Source: a virus (taxonomy: Duplodnaviria > Caudoviricetes). Taken from it: DNA of 64,000 nucleotides. The stretch spans positions 32,001 to 96,000 of IMG/VR virus record IMGVR_UViG_3300020413_000003; one strand, given 5' to 3'. A program made the position numbers and the translations under genes. The notes below the pieces were generated by a model that was given only the letters and a program-made list of their open reading frames with translations, was not told the DNA's origin and ran no database searches. Of the stretch, positions 52,101 to 62,700 are shown piece by piece; the first letter of the stretch is position 1; each line of letters begins with the position of its first letter.

Positions 52101-53354
52101 ATTGTTAATACTGAAACCATTACTTACACTGGTAAAGCAGTAGGTAAATTCTTTGGTTTAACAAGAGGTGTAAACTTTAACTATGATCAGAGAATCATAT
52201 TAGATGCTACTCAGAATAACCAACAAGATATATCCACATACAGTTTCAATGTTGGTGATAGAGTAATCCGTAGAATAGATAATGCAAATAATAAAATTGC
52301 AAAAGTATATGACTGGAATCCAAATACTAGAGAACTTTTAGTAACATTTGAAGTTGATGAACTAGCATTCATTGATGGTGGTCTTCCATCTACTTTAGAT
52401 GCTATTGTTCAATTTGATGGTGGTGTTGCTGCTAGTGCATCTAATGCTTACGATCCTCATCAAATTACATTTGAAGCAAACGCAACTATTATAACTTTGA
52501 CTGATCCTATTAGTCAAATTCTAGATACTAAATTTGTTGATACTGCAGAAAATGCAGGAGCTGGTGATGGAATCCCAGACTTGTTTAATACAGGTACTGA
52601 TTATGAAAGTCAAATATCACTTGATGGTGGTATTTACAATTCATTATATGGTATTGAAGAAACTCAAGGTGGAACTAACACAACTCTGTTTGCAGTTGCA
52701 GATCAAATTAAAGATGGTTCTATTCCGTTTAAATATGCAACTGTAGAAGTTGCAGGAACATTGACTGATGGTGTAGATCATGTTGCAAAATTAAATGTAT
52801 ATGTTGATCTAAATCAAGGTAACGGTCAGAACTATGTTGTTAATGATCTTGTTACAGGTGATATATCTGGTGTAAGAGGAACAGTTCTAGGATGGGATCC
52901 TACTACTGGTCTTTTAGAAGTTGGTAACGTAGTTCCTTATAATACTGGTAATATCAATGTAGGTATTGCAGGTTACTTCTATGAGTTCTCTGCTAGAGAA
53001 ACAGTTATTGACTTTATTGTTCAAAATCCAGGTACTAACTATACTGCACCACCTGCGGTGACAGTAGAGAACATTGGTGATATACAAGCAACAGCAACTG
53101 TTAACATGACCGCAGCAGGTGACCAAGTTGCTTCACTAACAATCACAAATGGTGGTTATGGTATTGCCCAGAACATTGATGAGAGTTTTGTAACACATCC
53201 GACAGTTACATTTACTAACAATGCTAGTGATAGCACAGGATCTGGTGCGGTTGTTCAAGCCGTTCTCGGTGGTGAACGTATTGCAGGTAATACTGGTGCG
53301 AGTTATAGGATTAAAAGAATTGAATATCAAGCACAACTCCAGTCTAAGGAGTAG
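49185..53354 (+). CDS. Virion structural protein with YHYH-like, cupredoxin-like and GxGY repeat domains
   Basis: GHSKILGMSFDGYPIYGPWGY, LDAYNGKF..TPEYPNGTYAY, HPMRF..YFCANHRYM. Confidence 0.8.
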   Translation: MARTVPGSGAVIEPIFDEIFGVRAVEVTNGGSGYSQADPPRLVISGCGTPDVEALLYPIIDSESGKIIHVRVLTRGRGYDPLRLQIIPEQETPNVVTSFDFKRIFQAHPNSPTTATFTSDRLRLVSDNHPKPSQHILSEREPSGSSTVVDRSFDQTFIYRGGKDVPHPDADNRQYQGDKAMGIMANGVLLHTPEWGQDGSPPPGFAIDAVKYPYIKNNNAYDAVIDNQVYYYQTNKLTDEWSLDNGVFDWGRIRQFVWQVKTEHDNILIELSNLDQTIGSIEVGRIVDCISSTAKGEVAKIVKDSLGNPTKIYLRTLTGVAFQENDVCLGANGFQFKVSGIPTLFPNGIFYIEFGEEAHEFGAFTPGQFYFAPEGIKVQRNYLIIWDQSDPTNNSGGMQHPMRFSTTADGTLNGGTLYYNSTGVTQAPATDYENEYQPLFLMNADENNRIYYFCANHRYMSGYQGDEGYMELASDVDPDPMVNTYYFKDYYQSNANDPNTIDYSRHVDGHSKILGMSFDGYPIYGPWGYNSSGAVAREVSGHRLKTTAELSGNRPQVNTVSNVTYTVTVSNNLFNFDGSRPAFLTLDRGKTYIFNQDDSSNDSLFLFVGTSDDGWHVGAPPVIGDTTYLLSGNHVKYYIDGAETTYNTYISAFNTASQREVRFHVPVNAPIALYLFAYSQSGVGIRCVVEGYVLGDLTDDYIPDSTVGTLDAYNGKFSPTPEYPNGTYAYYMTEDSSSVPTYPYAIGDAFYGTPLFEGDTVPDQVEIFPSGATGDVVLNANGQISYVRMSQFGDNYFGPAQAKILGGQGTGALASPIVQTVTGLSLLATGREYATPPTLIFEGGGGGVGAEGAAEIDTFGKVTGINIVDEGEFYQEPPYILITGGGGIGAKAVARIDQGVIVGIDITDSGSGYINPPNIVFTKLVNLKRKTRARQSYNSTAIYLTGLVKDLAASDTEIFTDTTTGFPGSGSLIVNTETITYTGKAVGKFFGLTRGVNFNYDQRIILDATQNNQQDISTYSFNVGDRVIRRIDNANNKIAKVYDWNPNTRELLVTFEVDELAFIDGGLPSTLDAIVQFDGGVAASASNAYDPHQITFEANATIITLTDPISQILDTKFVDTAENAGAGDGIPDLFNTGTDYESQISLDGGIYNSLYGIEETQGGTNTTLFAVADQIKDGSIPFKYATVEVAGTLTDGVDHVAKLNVYVDLNQGNGQNYVVNDLVTGDISGVRGTVLGWDPTTGLLEVGNVVPYNTGNINVGIAGYFYEFSARETVIDFIVQNPGTNYTAPPAVTVENIGDIQATATVNMTAAGDQVASLTITNGGYGIAQNIDESFVTHPTVTFTNNASDSTGSGAVVQAVLGGERIAGNTGASYRIKRIEYQAQLQSKE

Positions 53355-53364
53355 TCGGAAAGGA

Positions 53365-53372
53365 CATAAATA
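53365..53372 (+). promoter_or_regulatory. T4-type late promoter
   Basis: CATAAATA upstream of g8. Confidence 0.75.
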
Positions 53373-53397
53373 AACAGGAGGACACTAGTCTTAGGAA

Positions 53398-54930
53398 ATG
53401 GCAGCTCTATTAACTGATCAATTTAGAATTTTTTCAGCACAAAAATTTATTAAGGCTCTTGAAGGTCCCGTTGCAACTCAAAGTGATGATGTTGCAGGGG
53501 CTACAAGAGACAGGTTATATCTTTTCATAGGTAGACCACAAACTTGGGATAATGAAAACTCACCGCCACAAGCGGTTGATTCATTTGCCGAATTTTCTGG
53601 TTCTTATGATGATATGGTTTCAATGAAGCGTGTGCTGGCTTCTGATACTGTTCAAGTTGTGCGTAGAATTGACTGGGTTTCCCCAGAACAAACTACTGGT
53701 GGATTAGGATTTACTTATGACATGTATCGTCATGATTATTCTCCTAGTAAAACTGCTGCATCTGGTGCTACTAAACTATATGATTCTGATTTTTACGTTG
53801 TAAACTCACAGTATCAAGTATATAAGTGCATCTATAATGGTACATCTCCTTCAGACCCTAACGGAAAACCTTCAACTGTTGAACCGACTGGAACATCTAC
53901 TTCTATCATCACCACTGGTGATTCTTATCGTTGGAAGTATATGTATACTATTCCCGTTGCATCAGTTCTTAAATTCTTCTCCAATGACTACATGCCTGTC
54001 TTTACCAATGATGCGGTAAAAACAAACGCTGTTGCAGGAGAGATTGATACTGTTGTTATTAACGCAGCAGGATCAGGTTATAATAACGGAACCTATGACA
54101 ACGTTGCTATTAATGGAGATGGAACTGGTGGTCGTGTTTCTATTGTTGTAGATGGTGGTAAGATTATATCTGCTACTGTTACTTCTGGAGGAACAGGATA
54201 TACCTTTGGTAAAATTTCTGTTGATAACGTTACTGGTATTGGAACAGGAACTGGTGCACAAGTCGATGTTATCGTTCCACCGCCAGGTGGTCACGGTGCT
54301 GACTCTGTTGTAGAACTTGGTGCTTTCCGAGTTATGATCAACGCTAAACTCTCATATGATGAGGGTGCAGGTGACTTCCCAGTTGATAACGACTATCGTC
54401 GTATTGGTCTTATTACCAATCCTTTAAAATATGGAACTGAGGAATTAATTTCAGACTTGACTGTATCTGCTACTAAGGCAGTTATATTCGCACCTACATT
54501 CCAAGGTAACTATGTTCCTGATGAAATCATTACACAAACAAGAGTTGTTGGTGGAACCAACGTTACTGCTCGTGCTCGTGTTGTTTCTTGGAACCCAATA
54601 ACAAAATTATTAAAGTACTATCAGAATGCTGTAGATGGTATCTTCCCAGAAGTTACAGGAACACAGAATGAATTTGATGGTTCAAACGTGATTAATGGTG
54701 CTACATCTGGTGCTGCAGGACAACCCGATGTTAACTTTCCTGCCATCCCAAACTCTTCTTCTAGAACTATCAACAATACTGAGTATGACTTAGGTATGAA
54801 GTTTAACAATGGTTATGCTAAACCCGAAGTTTCCTCAAGTAGCGGTGACGTAGTTTACATAGATAATAGAAGATCCATCAGTCGTGCAAACGACCAAGTA
54901 GAAGATATTAAAATCGTAATCGAGTTCTAA
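53398..54930 (+). CDS. g8: Baseplate wedge subunit gp8
   Basis: MAALLTDQFRI, YLFIGRPQTW, RRIDW, YDMYRHDYS, VYKCIYNG, YRWKYMYTI, QVEDIKIVIEF. Confidence 0.92.
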   Translation: MAALLTDQFRIFSAQKFIKALEGPVATQSDDVAGATRDRLYLFIGRPQTWDNENSPPQAVDSFAEFSGSYDDMVSMKRVLASDTVQVVRRIDWVSPEQTTGGLGFTYDMYRHDYSPSKTAASGATKLYDSDFYVVNSQYQVYKCIYNGTSPSDPNGKPSTVEPTGTSTSIITTGDSYRWKYMYTIPVASVLKFFSNDYMPVFTNDAVKTNAVAGEIDTVVINAAGSGYNNGTYDNVAINGDGTGGRVSIVVDGGKIISATVTSGGTGYTFGKISVDNVTGIGTGTGAQVDVIVPPPGGHGADSVVELGAFRVMINAKLSYDEGAGDFPVDNDYRRIGLITNPLKYGTEELISDLTVSATKAVIFAPTFQGNYVPDEIITQTRVVGGTNVTARARVVSWNPITKLLKYYQNAVDGIFPEVTGTQNEFDGSNVINGATSGAAGQPDVNFPAIPNSSSRTINNTEYDLGMKFNNGYAKPEVSSSSGDVVYIDNRRSISRANDQVEDIKIVIEF

Positions 54931-57900
54931 TGGCACAAAATACTAATCTAAACGTAACACCGTATTACGACGACTTTGATAAAGCGAAGAACTTTTATCG
55001 AGTGCTGTTTAGACCTGGTTTTCCAATACAGGCAAGAGAATTAACACAGTCTCAATCAATTCTTCAAAATCAAATTGAGAATATGGGAACCCATCTATTC
55101 AAAGATGGTTCAATGGTTATACCTGGTCAAATAGGTTATGATCTAAACGTTAGTGCTATTATGATCCAAGAATCATTCTTGGGTGCAGATGTAGAAAGTT
55201 ATAGAAGTCAGATTACAGGAAAAATAATTACAGGTTTAACATCTGGTGTTAAAGCTAAAGTTCTCTATAGTATTTCATCAACTGATTCAGATAAAGGATA
55301 TATTACACTCTATATTAAATACATTGAATCAGGTGGAGTAGATAATAATCAAGATACATTTACTAATAATGAACAGTTAATCACTGATACTGAAATTACT
55401 TTTGGAACCACTCTTATTGAAGTTGGATCACCATTTGCACAGTTACTACCTACAGCAGCAACACAAGTTGGATCTGTAGCATATGTGCAGGAAGGTGTTT
55501 ACTTCATCAGAGGTTTCTTTGTAGACGTTCCTTATCAGTACATTCTCCTTGATCAATATGGAAGTAACCCCAAATACAGAATCGGACTCGAAATTCTTGA
55601 GTCGATCATCACCCCCGAAGATGACTTATCACTCAATGATAACGCTGCAGGAACATCTAATTATGCTGCTCCTGGTTCTCACAGGTTCAGAATAACAACT
55701 AACCTAGTTAAGAAATTACTTACAGACGAAGCAGATAAAGACTTTATTGAATTACTACGTATCAATGGTAATAAGATTGAGAAACTAGTTGATCGTAGTG
55801 CATATGATGAGTTAGAAAAAACAATGGCAACCAGAACTTATGAAGAGTCTGGTGATTATGTTGTTAGTGATTTCCAAGTCACTATGAGAGATGGACTAAA
55901 TGATGGATTTAATAATGGTGTTTATGAGGTAGGAGACACAACTGCTCAAGGTAATAGTGCTGCAGAAAGCATGTATGCTGTTGAGTTTGGTCCTGGTACT
56001 GCATATGTTAGAGGTTATAGACTTAAAACATTATCTCCAACTTATGTTGATATAGCAAAACCAAGAGATACAGATGCTTCTCAAAACACAATTATACCTT
56101 TCACATTAGGAAACTATTCTAAAGTAGGTAATATTAACGGATTTTTAAATACAGCTGGTTCTACTATTTCTCAAGCATACCAGACAGTAGAATTGCGTGA
56201 TAGATTTACATCTACACCTGGTACTGCAGTTGGTAATGTAATTGGATATGCACGTGTAGCATCTCTTGAATTCTTACAAGATCCAGATAATAGTTTTGGT
56301 AATGCAGATGACAAATATAATATGCATCTGTTTGATGTTCAAATGTTTACTGTATTACATTTAGCATCTGCACAAACTATTAGTACTGGTGCTGCTGATC
56401 AGAGAGGATCTCTTGTTGTTGGTAAATCATCTGGTGCAAAAGGATATTTAATTGATAACGTTTCTGCTGCAACTCACTTGAGCATTTATCAAGTTGAAGG
56501 AACTTTCCAACAAGGTGAGATGGTAACATTAGATGGTTTAAATTTAGATACTATTACTAATGTCCATACTTACAAATATTCTGATAGTAGACAAGTTTGT
56601 GCTAAAGATGAGTCTACATCAGCAGTAGAATTTACAGCAGATATTATATTAGAAGATTTAAAATTCCTTCAAGGTGCTACATTCACTTATGATGCAACTA
56701 GTAGTAATGAAAAAATTACTGGTTTAAATTCAAACTTTGCTTCTGACTTAAGACCTGGCGATAGAATATATTTCTCTGAAACAAAATATGTTGATGTAGA
56801 TTATGTTGATCCTACAAACTTAGCATCATCTAATACTGGATCTATATTTACTTACTCTACTCAAGTAGTTAAAGTAACACCTCCTGGTTCTAACTATCCT
56901 GCAGCAGGAACTTATAATACATTACTACGTTATAGATCAAAACTTTGGGAAACAGAAAAGGCAACTCTTCTTAAAGAAATGCCTAAACCATATGTCAAGA
57001 CTATTTCTGACGAGTCTATGGTTGTTAGAAGAACTTTTGACTCTCAAACTGTTGCTGCAAACGCTATATCAATTACTCTTCCTGAGAACGAGCAGTTCCA
57101 AGCAATTACGAATACTTCATATTCATTTACTGTTATGGGCAGTACATCATCTGCATATCCTGCAGGTGCACAGATACCCATTGACACTGTAAATACTGGT
57201 GCTATTGGTTATACTACATTTACATCGGCTGATAGAACTACAATTCAGATAACAAACTTAGATGTGACAGGTGACTCAGGTGCAATTACATCTGTTAAAG
57301 TTACAGCATCTGTTTCTAAGAACGTTACAACTAAGAAAACAAAATCACCTACTAACATGTTTGTGTTAAAGGTGAATCAAACTGTTCAGAATTTAGATAA
57401 GCAAAACTATCAACTTACATATTCTGGAGTATATGGAACTAGAATTGAAGACGTAGATTTATCATTAGGTATAACAGACGTATTTAATATACATGCTGTA
57501 TATGAATCAATGGACGATGCTGATCCAATAATACCTTCTATAACTTTAGTTGAACCAACATTCTTTGAGACTAAGAGTATTGTTACAGGTAAAACATCTG
57601 GTGCAAGAGCAAGAGTTGTTGACTTTAACTCAAGTACTTTAAAACTATCACTAGTTTATTTAAGTGGTAAGTTCATATCAGGTGAAACAGTTGATGGATT
57701 TAATAGTAGTAATATTGCTATTCAAGGTATTATTAATGACTCTGTAGGATCTATTATTGAAGGATCTAAAGTTATCACAGATCGTTATGAATTAGAGACT
57801 GGTCAAACTGGATTTATATATGGTATATCAAAATTAGTAAGAAAGAAAGGTGTTGCTAGACCAATTAGAAAAGTAAAAATTGTTTTAGATTACTATTCTC

Positions 57901-60900
57901 ATGCTGCTACTGGAGATTACTTTGCAGGTCAATCATATTTGGATACTGCATATGCTGATGTTCCTTATTATCAAGAAAAATTCTTACCTGATTTCTTAGA
58001 CTTTAGACCAGGTGTTAGAAACTTATTTACAGGAACTGGATCAGTTGCTTCTCCTGCATATGTAAATGCTGCTACATTAGACTTTAAACATAGAACATTC
58101 CCAACTGCAGGTAGTCCATCTGCAACTCTATTTGATATTCCTAAAGTTGCTAGTGACTTTAGATGTGATTTTGATTGGTATCTTCCTAGAGTTGATAAAG
58201 TATTCTTACTACCTACTGGAGAATTTCAAGTTGTTAAAGGTAAGTCAGAACAGAGACCTTCTCCTCCAGATGATCTACAAGATGGTATGCTACTAGCAAC
58301 ATTGCTACATGCACCATATGGTTTTGATCCTTCTAGTGATGTCGTTATTCAGAAATCTGATAACAGACGTTATACTATGCGTGATATTGGTACTTTAGAA
58401 AAACGTATTGACCAAGTTGAATATTATACATCACTTAACATGTTAGAAAGTGATACATTCAACGTTGAAATTACTGATGCATCTGGTAAGAATCGTCTGA
58501 AGAATGGATTTATGGTTGATGATTTTACAGATCATTCTAAATCTAGTACAACAAATCCAGACTATGCTGCTGCATTAAGTTATTCTGATGGAACTTGTCA
58601 GTCTTCACACTACACTACTAATACATCATTATTAATTAATGAATCACTGTCTACAAATTATCAAAAGACTGGTCCTTTAATTACACTACCTTATACTGAG
58701 ATAGCATTAATTACTCAATCATATGCTTCTAGAGTTGAAAATGTAAACCCATTCAACGTATTTGCTTACATTGGACGTATTGATCTTGTACCTGCTTCAG
58801 ATGACTGGGTAGATACTAATCGTCTTCCTGTTAATGTTATTGATGTTGAGGGTGATTTTGAAGCAACTAGCAGAGAGATGAATGTAGATCAATCTGGTTT
58901 TGCTCCTATCCAATGGGGTTCATGGAATACTACATGGTCTGGAGAATCTACTGGTGCATGGAGTACATGGAGAGAACATACATTTGCTAACTATGTCCGT
59001 GGTAGAGGTCGTCGTGTTATGGGATCAAGAACCATTACGGCTACAAATAATCAAACAAGAAGAGGTATTAGAAGTAGAGTAGTTCCCAGAATTGATCGTC
59101 AGTCAATGGGAGATAGAACTGTATCTTCAACATCTATTCCTTGGATACGTTCTAGAAATATTGATGTAACTGTTGCTAGAATGAAACCAAGAACAACATT
59201 CTATGCATTCTTCGATGGAACTAAAGTTGGTGATTACATGATGCCAAAAGTTCTTGAAGTTATTAAAAATCCTTCTACAGATAGTAGAACAAACTCAACA
59301 CCATTTGTAATTGGTGAGACAGTTAGAGGTTTAGTAAGTGGTGCTAGATTTAGAGTTTCTGCTCCAAACAACTTCTTTACATGGAATCCTTATGATGATA
59401 CTGATATGCCATCATCATATTCTTCAACTACTAACTTTATCAACGTTGATACTGAATCACTTGCTGCTCAGGCAGTTGGACAATACTACGGTAATATACA
59501 AGTAGGTGAAGTTTTAGTTGGAACATCTGGTGCAAGAGCAGTTGTTCGTGATCGTAGATTGATGACTGATAGATTAGGACAGTGGAAAGGTTCATTCTTT
59601 ATACCACAACCTCAAGTCAATACAAATCCACGTTGGGCAACTGGTAGTAGACTACTAAGATTAACAACTAATTCAGATGATTCTAGAACATTTGGAACAG
59701 TTGCATCTGCTGCACAAACAGAATATGCAGCAACAGGTACATTGAATACATTACAAGAAAATGTATTATCAATTAGAAATGCTGATATTGTTCAAGATAC
59801 TGTAACTCAAGATAGAACTGTCCAAACAACTAGAACTGAAACACGTCAGGTTGGTTGGTGGGATCCACTTGCACAATCATTCTTAGTTGATGAAACTGGT
59901 GGTGTGTTTATTACTTCTGTTGATGTTTACTTCAACGCTAAAGATAGTAATATTCCGATCTCTATGCAGATCAGAACTATGTCAAATGGATATCCAACAA
60001 CAAGTATTCTTCCATTCTCTGACGTTACTGTAACTCCAGATACTATTCAGACATCTGAAACTGGTGCTATTGCGACTAAGTTTACATTCCAAGCACCTGT
60101 TTATATTCCTCAGTCTATTGAACATTGTTTTGTTCTATTCTCAGACTCTAATGAATATCAGGTTTGGATCTCTAGAATGGGTGAGTTAGATATTACTGGA
60201 GACAGAACTATATCTGAACAACCATATGCAGGTGTTCTATTCAAATCACAGAACGCAACTACATGGACTGCAGACCAGTACGAAGATCTTAAGTTCGTTG
60301 TTTATAAAGCGGTATTTAATACCAGTGTTGCTTCTCAGTTAACATTAAACAATGCTCCTTTAGACATAGGTAACGGTGGTAAGATTGTATTAAGAACTGA
60401 TCCAGTTCAAACATATCAACCAGAGTTACAGTTAGTAATGAATGCTGTCAATGCAACCCTTCCTTATACAGTTGGTGCTCGTGTTTATCAAAAGACGACT
60501 CTTGCTCAAGGAACAATTAAAGAAATTACAGATAGTAATGCAGGAGTTCTGTTAACTATCAATGATATATCAGGAACATGGCAGTCAGGTTCATCAACTG
60601 GTGGAACTATTATTAACAGAATAGTTTCTTCTAAGACTCTTGCTACTATGGCAGTAACAAGTGCATCAGGTGACTTTACTGTTGGTGAAACTATAACTGG
60701 TAACAGTGCTTCTGCTCCAACTGCAGAGGTTGTTAGTTGGACAGATGGTGGCGGTGGTGCAGGAACATTAACACTTAAATATGTTTCAACTACATTCACA
60801 TCTTCTACTGAACAAATTACTGGTGGAACTTCTACTAAGACTGCAACTGTTGGTTCTATAACTTACTCTGGAGATAACGTTTCATCTTCAACTGTTCAAG

Positions 60901-62156
60901 ATGCATTCCCAAGTAGCACTCCAACATATACTACTTCTCAAAGAAGAGTAACTATACAGCATTCACACCACGGTATGCATGATACAGATAATAATGTTGT
61001 TATCGAAGGTGTTACATCTGAGGTATCACCAACATACTTAACATCATCTATATCAGCATCTGATACAACCATACAGGTTAATGATGCAACAGCATTCCAT
61101 ACCGTTATTAACGGTGCTAATGTTGGTACATTAAATCTTGGTTATATCAAGATAGAAGATGAAATCATGTCCTATACTGGAATTAGTGGAACTGGTAAAA
61201 CTATTACTGTTAATGAAAGAGGACTAGCTGGAACTACAGCAGTAAGTCATGCTGATGAAACAAATGTGGAATGTTATAACTTAGATGGTATTCCTCTAAC
61301 TGAAATCAATAAGACTCATACTAATATACAAAGTCCTACTTTAGACAGTTACGATCTTGCAACTTCATCTATTGGTAGATTAGGTATTAGATCTGGTGCT
61401 ACTAATGTTATTGCATCTCAGAACATACAGTATGAAATTCTCTCACCACAAATTCAGAGAATGACTCTTCCTAAGACTTTGATCACAGCAAGAGTTAATA
61501 CTATTACTGGAACATCAATTAATGATGGACAGTCATTATCACAAAACTCATTCAGTAATACTGGAGAGTTCTATGATGTAAACCTAGGTGAAGATAATTA
61601 CTTTGTTGCTCCACAGTTAATATGCTCTGCTCAAAACGAGTCTGCAGAATTAAGTGGTGCTAAGTCATTTAGACTGGATCTAACACTATTCAGTGAATCT
61701 GATAATGTAACTCCTGTTGTTGATACTGACAGAATGTCTATTACTACAATCAGTCATAGAATCAACGCTCCTGCAGATCCTAATACTGCTCAGTTACCAG
61801 TTGGTGACGGACATAATGGAGTCTATATTACTAAGGTTGCTGACTTAAGTAATCCATCGTCTTCTATTAAATTAATGTTTGCGGGTTATCGCCCAGCTAA
61901 CACTGAAATTAAACCTCTATATAGAGTACTACCTTCGGGATCTACTGATTCTATAGAGACTCTAGGATGGGAATTCTTCCCTACTGGTGATGCTAAGATT
62001 CCTCAAACTTCTGATGAGTTACAATACTACGATTATGAGTATGAGGTTGCAGGTTTAGATTTCTCACAATACCAAGTTAAACTTGTGTTTGTATCTCCAA
62101 ACCAAGCATACGCACCAATCGTTAAAGATTTACGAGCTATCGCTCTTGCTGTATAA
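54930..62156 (+). CDS. Large virion structural protein, DUF4815/VrlC-like (2408 aa)
   Basis: NLNVTPYYDDFD..FYRVLFRPGFPIQARELTQ; RRYTMRDIG.LEKRI..VEYYTSL; KNGFMVDDF; ENVNPFNV; DPLAQSF; DLRAIAL. Confidence 0.88.
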   Translation: MAQNTNLNVTPYYDDFDKAKNFYRVLFRPGFPIQARELTQSQSILQNQIENMGTHLFKDGSMVIPGQIGYDLNVSAIMIQESFLGADVESYRSQITGKIITGLTSGVKAKVLYSISSTDSDKGYITLYIKYIESGGVDNNQDTFTNNEQLITDTEITFGTTLIEVGSPFAQLLPTAATQVGSVAYVQEGVYFIRGFFVDVPYQYILLDQYGSNPKYRIGLEILESIITPEDDLSLNDNAAGTSNYAAPGSHRFRITTNLVKKLLTDEADKDFIELLRINGNKIEKLVDRSAYDELEKTMATRTYEESGDYVVSDFQVTMRDGLNDGFNNGVYEVGDTTAQGNSAAESMYAVEFGPGTAYVRGYRLKTLSPTYVDIAKPRDTDASQNTIIPFTLGNYSKVGNINGFLNTAGSTISQAYQTVELRDRFTSTPGTAVGNVIGYARVASLEFLQDPDNSFGNADDKYNMHLFDVQMFTVLHLASAQTISTGAADQRGSLVVGKSSGAKGYLIDNVSAATHLSIYQVEGTFQQGEMVTLDGLNLDTITNVHTYKYSDSRQVCAKDESTSAVEFTADIILEDLKFLQGATFTYDATSSNEKITGLNSNFASDLRPGDRIYFSETKYVDVDYVDPTNLASSNTGSIFTYSTQVVKVTPPGSNYPAAGTYNTLLRYRSKLWETEKATLLKEMPKPYVKTISDESMVVRRTFDSQTVAANAISITLPENEQFQAITNTSYSFTVMGSTSSAYPAGAQIPIDTVNTGAIGYTTFTSADRTTIQITNLDVTGDSGAITSVKVTASVSKNVTTKKTKSPTNMFVLKVNQTVQNLDKQNYQLTYSGVYGTRIEDVDLSLGITDVFNIHAVYESMDDADPIIPSITLVEPTFFETKSIVTGKTSGARARVVDFNSSTLKLSLVYLSGKFISGETVDGFNSSNIAIQGIINDSVGSIIEGSKVITDRYELETGQTGFIYGISKLVRKKGVARPIRKVKIVLDYYSHAATGDYFAGQSYLDTAYADVPYYQEKFLPDFLDFRPGVRNLFTGTGSVASPAYVNAATLDFKHRTFPTAGSPSATLFDIPKVASDFRCDFDWYLPRVDKVFLLPTGEFQVVKGKSEQRPSPPDDLQDGMLLATLLHAPYGFDPSSDVVIQKSDNRRYTMRDIGTLEKRIDQVEYYTSLNMLESDTFNVEITDASGKNRLKNGFMVDDFTDHSKSSTTNPDYAAALSYSDGTCQSSHYTTNTSLLINESLSTNYQKTGPLITLPYTEIALITQSYASRVENVNPFNVFAYIGRIDLVPASDDWVDTNRLPVNVIDVEGDFEATSREMNVDQSGFAPIQWGSWNTTWSGESTGAWSTWREHTFANYVRGRGRRVMGSRTITATNNQTRRGIRSRVVPRIDRQSMGDRTVSSTSIPWIRSRNIDVTVARMKPRTTFYAFFDGTKVGDYMMPKVLEVIKNPSTDSRTNSTPFVIGETVRGLVSGARFRVSAPNNFFTWNPYDDTDMPSSYSSTTNFINVDTESLAAQAVGQYYGNIQVGEVLVGTSGARAVVRDRRLMTDRLGQWKGSFFIPQPQVNTNPRWATGSRLLRLTTNSDDSRTFGTVASAAQTEYAATGTLNTLQENVLSIRNADIVQDTVTQDRTVQTTRTETRQVGWWDPLAQSFLVDETGGVFITSVDVYFNAKDSNIPISMQIRTMSNGYPTTSILPFSDVTVTPDTIQTSETGAIATKFTFQAPVYIPQSIEHCFVLFSDSNEYQVWISRMGELDITGDRTISEQPYAGVLFKSQNATTWTADQYEDLKFVVYKAVFNTSVASQLTLNNAPLDIGNGGKIVLRTDPVQTYQPELQLVMNAVNATLPYTVGARVYQKTTLAQGTIKEITDSNAGVLLTINDISGTWQSGSSTGGTIINRIVSSKTLATMAVTSASGDFTVGETITGNSASAPTAEVVSWTDGGGGAGTLTLKYVSTTFTSSTEQITGGTSTKTATVGSITYSGDNVSSSTVQDAFPSSTPTYTTSQRRVTIQHSHHGMHDTDNNVVIEGVTSEVSPTYLTSSISASDTTIQVNDATAFHTVINGANVGTLNLGYIKIEDEIMSYTGISGTGKTITVNERGLAGTTAVSHADETNVECYNLDGIPLTEINKTHTNIQSPTLDSYDLATSSIGRLGIRSGATNVIASQNIQYEILSPQIQRMTLPKTLITARVNTITGTSINDGQSLSQNSFSNTGEFYDVNLGEDNYFVAPQLICSAQNESAELSGAKSFRLDLTLFSESDNVTPVVDTDRMSITTISHRINAPADPNTAQLPVGDGHNGVYITKVADLSNPSSSIKLMFAGYRPANTEIKPLYRVLPSGSTDSIETLGWEFFPTGDAKIPQTSDELQYYDYEYEVAGLDFSQYQVKLVFVSPNQAYAPIVKDLRAIALAV

Positions 62157-62377
62157 TGAAAGTTCCAATTAAAGACATTGAAAATTGGTACAAAGATGAT
62201 ATAACAGGAGCAGTTTCGTGTTCTGATTCCGCTAAGTATGAACAATACATGGCTGCATATAGAGCAGATCTGAAGGAGAAAGAAGATTTTAAGGCTTTAC
62301 AAAATGATGTTTATAGCCTAAAATCAGATATGAGTGAGATAAAATCTCTCTTGTTAACGTTAGCAAAAAATTCATGA
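62156..62377 (+). CDS. Small hypothetical protein, C-terminal coiled coil
   Basis: TAATG coupling; LKSDMSEIKSLL. Confidence 0.8.
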   Translation: MKVPIKDIENWYKDDITGAVSCSDSAKYEQYMAAYRADLKEKEDFKALQNDVYSLKSDMSEIKSLLLTLAKNS

Positions 62378-62613
62378 CAATGGAAAAGATCGGTCAAGAT
62401 CAAATGCTCTCCCAATTTAAAGAGAGATACAGTGGGTTGATCAAAGAAAACCAGGAACTAGCTGGTAAAATCAAACAAAATGAAGTTCAAGCATTGAAAC
62501 TTCAAGGTGCTATAGAAGCATTGGAGTATTATTCTCCACCAGGCGACACAGAATCCCCTCCAATTATTGAAGAGGATGATGTAACTTCCGAGTCTCCTGA
62601 GTTAACTGAATAA
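62374..62613 (+). CDS. Hypothetical coiled-coil protein
   Basis: ATGA coupling; LKLQGAIEALEYY. Confidence 0.75.
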   Translation: MTMEKIGQDQMLSQFKERYSGLIKENQELAGKIKQNEVQALKLQGAIEALEYYSPPGDTESPPIIEEDDVTSESPELTE

Positions 62614-62621
62614 ATCATTTT

Positions 62622-62648
62622 AAGGGGGGACAGGAGTTCCCCTTTTTT
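62622..62648 (+). terminator. Rho-independent terminator
   Basis: GGGGGAC-AGGA-GTTCCCC then T6. Confidence 0.8.
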
Positions 62649-62653
62649 AGTGA

Positions 62654-62661
62654 CATAAATA
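62654..62661 (+). promoter_or_regulatory. T4-type late promoter
   Basis: CATAAATA upstream of ATG 62701. Confidence 0.75.
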
Positions 62662-62700
62662 ACTTGGAAGCATGTTCTCATAGAGTTGTCCTAAAAAGAA